The position numbers were made by a program, and so were the translations under genes. From positions 1-61,705 of the forward strand of contig CAYGWD010000002.1 of the NCBI GenBank assembly GCA_964353745.1: a stretch of 61,705 nucleotides of DNA, in the 5' to 3' direction. Below the pieces are notes generated by a model. The model was not told where the DNA came from. It saw only the letters and a program-made list of their open reading frames with translations, and ran no database searches. Source of the DNA: an uncultured archaeon. GTDB taxonomy: Archaea; Aenigmatarchaeota; Aenigmatarchaeia; Aenigmatarchaeales; Aenigmatarchaeaceae. Position 1 is the stretch's first letter. Every line of letters begins with the position of its first letter. This document shows positions 53,572 to 61,705 of the stretch, in pieces.

Positions 53572-56500
53572 GTGAAAGGTTTATTAGGTAAAGCAAAAAT
53601 ACCAATAACAATTTTTTCCGTGATATTATTAGCAATTTTCGTGATTAATTTTGTTCTACCCTCTATCGCTGTAAGCAGCAGCGCTGTCATTACAACTGAT
53701 AAAGGAGATTATTCACCTGAAGAGACCGTACTGATTTCTGGAAGCGGATTTGCGCCGAGTTCTCCGTTAACTCTTTCTGTTACAAGGCCTACTTTACCAG
53801 ATTATACTGTTGATTCATGTTCTGTTTCCTCTTGTGATTTATCAATATTTTTAAACGGCCCTTTAACCTCTGATGAGGAAGGTTCGTTCTTCAACTATCC
53901 TTACAAGTTAGACGGTATCACAGGTGCGTACACTGTTGATGTGAGTGACGGAACAATATCGGCTCAGACAACTTTCACAGATTCTAGAACAATAAACTGG
54001 GTAGCTTTGGATGGTGGCACACATTGGACACCTCCTTCACCAAGTTCAAACGGAGATGCTGTAACTGTTGTACCTGGTGCTAATATCAATGCTGAGTTAT
54101 CAGTTACAACAAGTGGAAGTAATGATTATGATGACTGGAGATGTACGGAATACAGAATAGAAGGCTATAGCACAGTAGAAGTAGACCATGGTAATCATAA
54201 TGGAGATGGTACATACACAGATACTATTTCTATAACTGCTCCTCCTACTCCAGGAGTTTATGATGTAAGATTTGAAGCATATGAAGATGATAATTGTGAT
54301 GGGGGTGATAGTACAACATTAACATTAACAGACGCTATAACTGTTGAAAATCCTCAACCATTCTGCGGCGATGGTATAATTAATGGTAACGATGTATGTG
54401 ACGATGGAAATCAAAACAATGGAGATGGTTGTAGTTATCCAGCATGCCAAGTAGAATCAGGTTGGTCATGTACGAGTACAAATCCAAGTGTTTGCAAAAC
54501 TATTAACCCAACACTTCCAAGTTCTTGTGGAATAGACATGGTTCTTATAATAGACAGTTCTGGAAGTATTAGCAGCAGTGAATTAACCCAAATGAAAGAC
54601 GCATTCAAGGGATTTGTAGATGCGTTTTTGCCAAACACGCCGACACAGATAGCTGTTGTTGACTTTGATAGTCTTGGACATTTGGTTCAAGATTATACAA
54701 GCGATATTGATGATATAAAAAGTGCGATTGATTCTGCAACTAGTGGTGGAAATACTAACTGGGAAGATGGATTGAAAGAAGCCCATGATGAATTTAATAA
54801 TAGAGCTGATAAACCTGATTTGTATGTATTTGCTTCTGATGGAAATCCAAATACAGTTGGAGACACCTCTCCGTCTTCAGTTAGTGAAAGTGTAGCAGTT
54901 GCAGCGGCTGTAGCTAAAGCTAATATAATCAAATTAGCTGGTGTTAGAGTAATCACGCTCGGAATTGCGATTGGGAGCGGTGGTGCTACTAACTTAAAAG
55001 CAATATCAAGTGATGATGCTTATTATGACTCAGATTTTGAAACACTTGCAGATACTCTTGCTCAAATTGCAGAAGAACTTTGTGGAGGAACAATAACTGT
55101 TAAAAAATTAGTTGATGGAAGTCCAGCAAGCGGTTGGACATTTACTACATCTGTAACAGGAGGAAGTTCAGTTCCAACATCCTCAACAACAGGTGGAGAC
55201 GGTTTCATAAATCCTGTATTTGATATAGATATAGATGATACAACAGCAACTGTTGACGTAACAGAAACTCCAAAAGGTGGATATTTCTTTGTTAGTGCTA
55301 ATTGTATTGATCAGAATCAAAATCCTGTTGGAACACCCGGACAAGGAACAGTTACTGGAATAACTATCGAAAAGAATGATGCTATTTACTGCGAGTTCCA
55401 AAATACAGAACATGAATGCGAAGTAGATGAAGATTGTACACCAACTCAAGATCCTTGTTATGAAACACACTGTATGAAGGGTGAGTGTGTTGATGTATTT
55501 GCTGATAACGATGGTCCAGACACATCAAATATTGTTGTCGATCCTTATTACAATAATGGTATTTTTAATTTGACTGCAACAACACAAGACCAATGTTCTG
55601 TTATAAAAACAGCTGAATATTTTGTCGGTTTTGTTAATGGTGGTGTAGGTTCTTGTGATCCAGATGCACCTGTAAAAGGAACAATCTATCCTGCAGACGA
55701 TGGAAGTTTTGATTTAGATAAATTACTTGAAAATCTTTTGAAAAAGAATATAGTTTTCCGCAGTGACGGTGTTAACTGGGCATGTGTAAAAGCTCAGGAC
55801 AATGCAAACAACTGGGGTAACTGCAAATGTGTTAACTTTGAAACTGATGTATTACCACCAGATTGTCCTTATGACATTTATTTAGACAATGTTTTGTATC
55901 CAGATGAATACCTTATATGTGGAAACAATGCTTGGTTGAATGCAACAGTTTGCGACCAAGAGTCAAAAATGCAGGGTGGAGAATACTTCTTAGACATAAC
56001 AATTCCACCAGTTCCAACACCTTGGTCTGGTTTCTGGATGAATACTCTATATAACTTCACAAGACAAGACTCTTGGAAATGCTCTATAATTGGAGCTTTA
56101 GTTGATACGAGCAATTTGGCAGATGGAACTCATTATATAAAACTTAGAGGTAAAGACACTGCAGAGAACTGGGGCAAGATTTCAGAATGTTTGGGCGTTT
56201 CTTTCGTAAGGGACACAACAGCACCATCAACAACAAAGAATGTTGATGAAACAAAGATTAGGTGCGGCATAACAAGCGACGATGAAAAAGGGAATAGTAT
56301 TGAGCAATGTTGGTACATACAGCAAGGTACTCACATTCATCTAACTGCTTCAGATCCAGACCCCCAACAAACAGGAGAATTTTCTGGTTTGGACAAGATA
56401 ATGTGCCAGTTCAGATGGAAATTGAACTGGGAAGATGATTGGAGTGCATGGTCTGCACCAGCAGAATGTCCGAACCCAATAGTTTTTAATGAAGATTCTT

Positions 56501-59067
56501 ATCACGAGATAAAGTACTGGGCGGTCGATAACTGCGGCAACGCAGAGGCACCGCACTATGAGATAGATATTGTTGATACTCAGGCGCCTTTGGTTACAAA
56601 ATCTGTTGGACAACCGCAGCATGTATGCGGAGAAGGAGAGAATTGCGATTATTATATAACAGGTCAAACACCGATTACACTCGACTGCGTAGACCAAGGA
56701 CCTCATCCAGTTGATAATGTAAAGATATACTACAGATACTACTTGGATGGTCAGACAGAACTACCACTGTTTACAGAAGATAGTGACCATGTGGTATTCA
56801 CAATACCTCAAGATTCAAGGCATATTGTTGAATACTACTGTGTTGATGCATTAGGAAACAGTGATGGAACCATGCAAACACCGTACCACGAAGTGGACAT
56901 TGTCGATAACAAACCACCAATCGTAAGCAAAGACGTTGGTACACCAAAGGTAGAATCCACAGGAATGACACAATATCAGGTTCCAGATAAATTCGATGTA
57001 AAGGATACAGCGTGGTTCATAACTCAAAACACAGAAATAACACTAAGCTGTCAAGACGATGAACCGCACCCATCTGATCACGTGAAAATTTATTACAAGT
57101 ATTATGTCGACGGCGTATTACACACTGATTGGACAGAATACACCGGAACACCTATAAAATACGATGAAGACACATATCACGAACTTTATTATTATTGCGA
57201 AGACATTCTAGGCAACAAAGGATTGACTCATTATGAATTGGATATAGTTGATACCCAATCACCTCATACAACTAAAACAGTTGGTAATCCAAAAGTTGAA
57301 GGAACTGGAGAAGTAGATTGGTGGATAACTCAACAAACTCAGATAACGCTTGATTGTACAGACCAAGGACCTCATCCAGTTGATGATGTCGCACTATATT
57401 ACAGAATTTATAACGATAGCATATTGATTCAAGATTGGACATTATACACAGGCACATTCCACTTCACAGAGGACTGCAAGCACAGATTAGAATGGTACTG
57501 TGTTGACGCTTTAGGAAATTCAGAAGGAAGCGCAGAACAACCTATAGTAGAAATAGACCAAGTAGATACTGCACCACCGGAAATCGTAAAGTGGGTTGAC
57601 GACAGCACAGTCCAGCAAGGCGATACTGTCAGGATATGTGCTAACGTAACAGACAAGAAACTTACAGGAGACCCTGGAGTTGGCGTTGCTTGGGTAAAGG
57701 CAAAATTAGTTTTAGGGGACGACCCCATATACATAAACTTGGTTAATACCGAGGGCGACACATACTGCGGCGACTGGCAAGTACCTGACATCAAGGATTG
57801 CTACTGGTGCCACGGTCTTCACTGCGAATATAGATGCGTTTGGGAACTTTGGGTAAAGTCAGAGGACTTGCTTGGCAATTTCAATAAAACAGACGGCATA
57901 CAGATAATAGTTGATAATGCAGATCCAAAAATACAAGCAGTGTTATGGCCATCAAAAGACAAATACTATAGAGACGGAAAGAAATTTGAAGTAAAGGCAT
58001 TGGCAATAGATTTTGGCGGCGATTCGAATATACTTAACTCAGATAATTGCAAGGCAAGCGAAGTCAAGGAATGCAGATTCTATGCAATAAAGTATGATTT
58101 TGAATCAGTAGATCAATCTGAAATAAAGAATTTGTGGGATTATTTGCACTGGCTAGAAGAGACTACAGGAACACCGATAGAAACAGTTTACTTAGGTTCA
58201 GTTCCTTGGGTCGATGGTTACTGCAAAGGTTCATTACAATTCCCAGTTGATAGCGGCTTGAATCACGAAGATATCTTATTCCTAGCATATGAGATAGAGG
58301 ACAATTCAGGAAATATGAAATCTGGATTGGCAGAAGACTGGGACGGAGACAAAGTAACAATGAAAATGGACCAAGTAGGACCGAGTGTTGTGATTACTGA
58401 GGGTGGAAATTTACCAGGTCCATTTACAACAGGTGATCTCGTGCAAGTGTTTGCCACTTTAGAAGATATTGATTCTGGACCTGCTGATTGCTGGGCAGAT
58501 ATTTACAAGTGCATAGGAGAAGAAGGTTGTGAAGAAAGTGTAGATACTGGTTATAACTTAAATGGATATGTCTATGATTTCACCTGTGAGATAAGTGATG
58601 GACTACCAGCAGGACTTGCTTCAGGAGATTATGAAATTAGAGTAGTTACTACTGACAATGAACTTAATACAGGAACAGCTTGGGATTATTTAATTGTTGA
58701 TAACACGCCACCAATAGCAGAACTCCTTCAACCAGAACCAGAAGGTACCTATGACGAAGAGATTCCAATAGAGATAGGCATAACAGATGCAACAGGCATA
58801 GAAGATTCAACAGTCCAATACAGAATATTTGAACCATCAGCATGGTATAGCGGACTTTTGTGTCTTTTCGGTTATTGTCCATACGATAGCACTTGGCAGA
58901 CAGCAATTTGGAATAGCACAACAGAGACATACCAAGATACATTTGATGCAAGTGAATTAGTAGAAGGTAAGACTTACTTCCTTGCAATAAGAGGTTGTGA
59001 CGTCCTCTACGATTCAATGTTGTTTACAGATAATACTGTAGATTTGTATCACTGTGTTATGAGGTAA
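53572..59067 (+). CDS. giant secreted adhesin-like protein (Cys-rich repeat + vWA + Cna-B-like + multiple Ig-like modules)
   Basis: GTG start after AGGGGGTG; signal/TM helix; CGDGIINGNDVCDDGNQNNGDGC (DUF4215-type); vWA MIDAS DSSGS; GGTITVKKLVDG; at least 7 modules delimited by (I/V)DxVDxxxP. Confidence 0.8.
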   Translation: MKGLLGKAKIPITIFSVILLAIFVINFVLPSIAVSSSAVITTDKGDYSPEETVLISGSGFAPSSPLTLSVTRPTLPDYTVDSCSVSSCDLSIFLNGPLTSDEEGSFFNYPYKLDGITGAYTVDVSDGTISAQTTFTDSRTINWVALDGGTHWTPPSPSSNGDAVTVVPGANINAELSVTTSGSNDYDDWRCTEYRIEGYSTVEVDHGNHNGDGTYTDTISITAPPTPGVYDVRFEAYEDDNCDGGDSTTLTLTDAITVENPQPFCGDGIINGNDVCDDGNQNNGDGCSYPACQVESGWSCTSTNPSVCKTINPTLPSSCGIDMVLIIDSSGSISSSELTQMKDAFKGFVDAFLPNTPTQIAVVDFDSLGHLVQDYTSDIDDIKSAIDSATSGGNTNWEDGLKEAHDEFNNRADKPDLYVFASDGNPNTVGDTSPSSVSESVAVAAAVAKANIIKLAGVRVITLGIAIGSGGATNLKAISSDDAYYDSDFETLADTLAQIAEELCGGTITVKKLVDGSPASGWTFTTSVTGGSSVPTSSTTGGDGFINPVFDIDIDDTTATVDVTETPKGGYFFVSANCIDQNQNPVGTPGQGTVTGITIEKNDAIYCEFQNTEHECEVDEDCTPTQDPCYETHCMKGECVDVFADNDGPDTSNIVVDPYYNNGIFNLTATTQDQCSVIKTAEYFVGFVNGGVGSCDPDAPVKGTIYPADDGSFDLDKLLENLLKKNIVFRSDGVNWACVKAQDNANNWGNCKCVNFETDVLPPDCPYDIYLDNVLYPDEYLICGNNAWLNATVCDQESKMQGGEYFLDITIPPVPTPWSGFWMNTLYNFTRQDSWKCSIIGALVDTSNLADGTHYIKLRGKDTAENWGKISECLGVSFVRDTTAPSTTKNVDETKIRCGITSDDEKGNSIEQCWYIQQGTHIHLTASDPDPQQTGEFSGLDKIMCQFRWKLNWEDDWSAWSAPAECPNPIVFNEDSYHEIKYWAVDNCGNAEAPHYEIDIVDTQAPLVTKSVGQPQHVCGEGENCDYYITGQTPITLDCVDQGPHPVDNVKIYYRYYLDGQTELPLFTEDSDHVVFTIPQDSRHIVEYYCVDALGNSDGTMQTPYHEVDIVDNKPPIVSKDVGTPKVESTGMTQYQVPDKFDVKDTAWFITQNTEITLSCQDDEPHPSDHVKIYYKYYVDGVLHTDWTEYTGTPIKYDEDTYHELYYYCEDILGNKGLTHYELDIVDTQSPHTTKTVGNPKVEGTGEVDWWITQQTQITLDCTDQGPHPVDDVALYYRIYNDSILIQDWTLYTGTFHFTEDCKHRLEWYCVDALGNSEGSAEQPIVEIDQVDTAPPEIVKWVDDSTVQQGDTVRICANVTDKKLTGDPGVGVAWVKAKLVLGDDPIYINLVNTEGDTYCGDWQVPDIKDCYWCHGLHCEYRCVWELWVKSEDLLGNFNKTDGIQIIVDNADPKIQAVLWPSKDKYYRDGKKFEVKALAIDFGGDSNILNSDNCKASEVKECRFYAIKYDFESVDQSEIKNLWDYLHWLEETTGTPIETVYLGSVPWVDGYCKGSLQFPVDSGLNHEDILFLAYEIEDNSGNMKSGLAEDWDGDKVTMKMDQVGPSVVITEGGNLPGPFTTGDLVQVFATLEDIDSGPADCWADIYKCIGEEGCEESVDTGYNLNGYVYDFTCEISDGLPAGLASGDYEIRVVTTDNELNTGTAWDYLIVDNTPPIAELLQPEPEGTYDEEIPIEIGITDATGIEDSTVQYRIFEPSAWYSGLLCLFGYCPYDSTWQTAIWNSTTETYQDTFDASELVEGKTYFLAIRGCDVLYDSMLFTDNTVDLYHCVMR

Positions 59068-59072
59068 TTCCT

Positions 59073-59993
59073 ATGAATAAAAAAATAATTTTGGTTTGCA
59101 GCATATTTTCTTTTATTTTGTTAGTTAGCAATGTATATGCATTTTGTATAGACAGGACTCCGCCTTCAGCCCCTGGAAACTTGGTAATTCATGACAGTCC
59201 ATATGATGCAGACGGGAACATGACTTTAACTTGGACAGCGGCTACTGATGGTCCATGTCCATCTTCTGCTGTATTATATTACAAGATTTACAGAAGTAAC
59301 GACAGCGTTAATTTCACTTTGATAGGAAATACTGCATCAGTCAGTTTTGATGATTTTTCTTCTCTGCCAAATGGAAAATATTATTATCATGTGACAGCCG
59401 TTGACAATGTAATAGACAATCCTCACGAAGGGCCTGCAGTCGAGGGATCAACAACTGTTGGCGAGGCACCATCGACACCATCTCCACCATCTAGCGGAGG
59501 CGGCGGAGGAACTACTAGCGGAGGCGGCAGTTTCAGTGGCGGTGGATTACCACCAACTTGCACAGAGAAATGGAATTGTACAGACTGGTCTGAATGCATA
59601 GCAGGAACGCAGACAAGGGCATGCAAGGACGATAACAAGTGCGGAACAACCATAAACAAGCCAACAGAATCGCAAACATGTTCCATATCAACTGGCGGAG
59701 CAATAGGTGGAACAACAACCCCAGAGTGCACTGAAGATTGGTTATGTTCAGAATGGTCTGATTGCATAGAAGGAACAAGAACCAAAACCTGCGTTGATAA
59801 GAACAATTGCGGAACAGCCATAAGCAAGCCGACAGAGGCCGAGACATGTACGGTTTCACCTGCAACAGGACTCTTCCTATCCATGAACACTCCAGTAGGA
59901 TACGGAATTGCAGCTTTGATATTAGCAGCGATAGTTGCAATAATTTATTTCTTCTTCAAGAAGAGAAAGGCATACAGGCACAGAACAAAGTAA
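59073..59993 (+). CDS. membrane-anchored surface protein (signal peptide, FN3-like domain, G/S/P linker, two Cys-rich TSP1-like repeats, C-terminal TM)
   Basis: PPSAPGNLV...LTWTAATDG...YYKIYRS; repeats CTEKWNCTDWSECIAGTQTRACKDDNKCGT / CTEDWLCSEWSDCIEGTRTKTCVDKNNCGT; C-terminal hydrophobic helix plus KKRK. Confidence 0.7.
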   Translation: MNKKIILVCSIFSFILLVSNVYAFCIDRTPPSAPGNLVIHDSPYDADGNMTLTWTAATDGPCPSSAVLYYKIYRSNDSVNFTLIGNTASVSFDDFSSLPNGKYYYHVTAVDNVIDNPHEGPAVEGSTTVGEAPSTPSPPSSGGGGGTTSGGGSFSGGGLPPTCTEKWNCTDWSECIAGTQTRACKDDNKCGTTINKPTESQTCSISTGGAIGGTTTPECTEDWLCSEWSDCIEGTRTKTCVDKNNCGTAISKPTEAETCTVSPATGLFLSMNTPVGYGIAALILAAIVAIIYFFFKKRKAYRHRTK

Positions 59994-60054
59994 AACTTGT
60001 AATGTTTTAGTAGTGTTAAATAAGCATTTAAATTTTAGTTTCTAAAAAGATAAT

Positions 60055-60471
60055 ATGGAAAGATTTTCTCTGAGGCTTATTCAAAAAACAAATAAAGAAG
60101 ATGAAATTTTGGTTTTATCTCAATTTTTACCTCAGATACACGAGATATGCTCCAATAAAATAAGGGCAGGCATAATTCATTTATTGATATCTTGTCCGGA
60201 GACTATACACAGCATGAAGGTCGAGGATATATGCTTTAGATTGGGAATAAGGCCAACCATATGCATTTATCACCTGGAAAAATTGAAAGAGTGCGAGCTT
60301 GTTGATGTCAAGAAGAATCAGAAGTATGGCAGAAAGACCAGAAGAAGCATCTGGGGTTTGAACTTGAGTTATCCGAGTTGGATTTCAGAATGCTATAAAA
60401 TGACCAGGAGTTATTTCTTTTCTGAAAGAGATCTTAACAACATCATTAATATCAACAAGAGCGCAAGATAA
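60055..60471 (+). CDS. ArsR-like winged-helix regulator
   Basis: IRAGIIHLL...MKVEDICFRLGIRPTICIYHLEKLKECELV. Confidence 0.55.
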   Translation: MERFSLRLIQKTNKEDEILVLSQFLPQIHEICSNKIRAGIIHLLISCPETIHSMKVEDICFRLGIRPTICIYHLEKLKECELVDVKKNQKYGRKTRRSIWGLNLSYPSWISECYKMTRSYFFSERDLNNIININKSAR

Positions 60472-60626
60472 AATTTGTCATAATCTTGTCATGTTTTTGT
60501 AATATGTATGTTCAGTCGTTGTTCTATTTTTGTATCGTATTTGTTTCAAAGGTCTTTAAGCCAATATTTCCTTCTTAATAACTCTTAATGAATTCGATTT
60601 CTTTAGCGCCGAGGAGGGGCGGTTAA

Positions 60627-60665
60627 CAAGACAGTTCTTTGAACAAGTCTTGCTCGATTTTTTTT
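60627..60665 (+). terminator. hairpin followed by T8 run
   Basis: CAAGAC-A-GTTC-TTT-GAAC-AA-GTCTTG, then CTCGA and TTTTTTTT (60658-60665). Confidence 0.45.
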
Positions 60666-60714
60666 GAGAGTAAATACCCAAATAGGAAAATAATTTGAAA
60701 AATAGGTGAAAAAT

Positions 60715-61638
60715 ATGAATACAAAAATTTTAGCTAGTTTAGTATTGATAGGAATAGCTATTTCAGGAATAACAATGGGAACAGTTGCATACTTTAGCGA
60801 CGTAGAAACATCAACAGGCAACACATTCACTGCAGGTGAATTGGATTTATTAGTAGATAGCAAATGTTCTTACAATGGTGTATCACAATTACCCTGTACT
60901 TGGAGTGCAAAGGATTTAACAGGTGATCTATTCTTCAACTTTATCGATGTTAAGCCAGGAGACTATGGAGAAGACACTGTAAGTCTACATGTGGTTAATA
61001 ATCCATCATGTGGATTTGTTAAAATTACAAAAACTGCAGATAGTGATGTGAGTTGTAATGAACCAGAATTAGCAGCAGAGCCATTATGCACACCTAGTGG
61101 AGACGGAGAATTGGATGAATACCTCGTTATTAAAGTCTATAAAGATTTAGATTGTGATAACGTAATAGATGCAGATGATACGGAATTAATAGGAATAATT
61201 GATGGTGAAAGATATTGGGCATTAGGAGATTTATCTACAAATCCAGCTCTTAAAACATGTATTCAATTCCATTGGAACTTACCTAGTAGCGTAGGAAATA
61301 TTGTTCAAAGCGATTCATTTACAGCTGATGTAATATTCTATGCAGAACAAAAGAGAAGTCAATTTGCTACTTGCCCTGTAGGATTGGTACGTGTAGAAAG
61401 CTCAACGCAGAATTTTAGTCCGACTGGATGGGCAGGATGGTCTTGTCCCACAGGCACAATTGTAGTCGGAGGCGGAACCACATGCACTTTACCGTTGGCA
61501 ATCTCGAAGGCAGCAAAGCCAGGCGACCCGCAATATCCCGTATATCCTCACCACATTTACACTCCTCCTGAAACCGGATGGGTAGTGCAGAACGGCGGTA
61601 CTTCGCAGTCTTGTAAGATCTACGTTATCTGTGCTTAG
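60715..61638 (+). CDS. TasA/camelysin-family (SipW-type signal peptide) fibre-subunit-like protein with Cys-rich C-terminal extension
   Basis: ATG 7 nt after AGGTGA; AYFSDVETSTGNTFTAGELDL signature after the signal helix. Confidence 0.7.
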   Translation: MNTKILASLVLIGIAISGITMGTVAYFSDVETSTGNTFTAGELDLLVDSKCSYNGVSQLPCTWSAKDLTGDLFFNFIDVKPGDYGEDTVSLHVVNNPSCGFVKITKTADSDVSCNEPELAAEPLCTPSGDGELDEYLVIKVYKDLDCDNVIDADDTELIGIIDGERYWALGDLSTNPALKTCIQFHWNLPSSVGNIVQSDSFTADVIFYAEQKRSQFATCPVGLVRVESSTQNFSPTGWAGWSCPTGTIVVGGGTTCTLPLAISKAAKPGDPQYPVYPHHIYTPPETGWVVQNGGTSQSCKIYVICA

Positions 61639-61664
61639 TAGTCCTTTAACTCAGTGGTGACAAA

Positions 61665-61705
61665 ATGAAAAAACAGATATTGCTATCGATATTAGTAGTT
61701 AGTAC
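61665..61705 (+). CDS. partial CDS (N-terminal signal-like MKKQILLSILVVS), runs off the window
   Basis: ATG after GGTGA; truncated by the window end. Confidence 0.3.
   Translation, partial: MKKQILLSILVVS

Overview
Visibly AT-rich, gene-dense archaeal sequence. Gene content and style (a reduced exosome/proteasome/RNase P superoperon, KEOPS, aCPSF1, Mre11-Rad50, many small orphan ORFs, a giant surface protein) suggest a small-genome DPANN-like archaeon; this placement is an inference. Housekeeping blocks: Kae1, aCPSF1/FttA, proteasome beta, ProRS (3.5-12 kb); Mre11-Rad50-phosphoesterase (21.3-25.7 kb); HAD-MetRS-SepF (28-31 kb); and the conserved superoperon pfdB-pcc1-rpoP-rpl37ae-rrp42-rrp41-rrp4-SBDS-psmA-Pop5-Rpp30 (31.8-37.6 kb, minus strand). 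Accessory content: (i) a ~6.6 kb integrated plasmid/provirus-like element (14.7-21.3 kb) with a tyrosine integrase, AbrB/RHH regulators, two P-loop ATPases and an iteron-like array; (ii) a HEPN/MNT toxin-antitoxin island (50.5-53.2 kb); (iii) a surface cluster (53.5-61.7 kb) with an ~1830-aa vWA/Ig-repeat adhesin, an FN3/Cys-repeat membrane protein, an ArsR-like regulator and a TasA/camelysin-like fibre subunit. The most unusual signal is three free-standing LAGLIDADG-plus-HTH genes, each ending inside the start of a downstream host gene. For two of them (kae1 and an Nre-like repair gene) a decayed duplicate of the host gene 5' end lies upstream of the cassette, which implies insertion into the 5' coding region with a replacement 5' end. 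The kae1 copy is also interrupted by 16 nt that fold into a textbook bulge-helix-bulge splicing motif, and removing them restores the frame. A 21-34 nt family resembling a tRNA 3' end (T-loop plus acceptor strand) occurs four times with no tRNA body. No complete rRNA or tRNA gene and no CRISPR array was recognised. All coordinates were hand-counted and may be off by 1-2 nt. Family calls rest on remembered motifs, not on searches.
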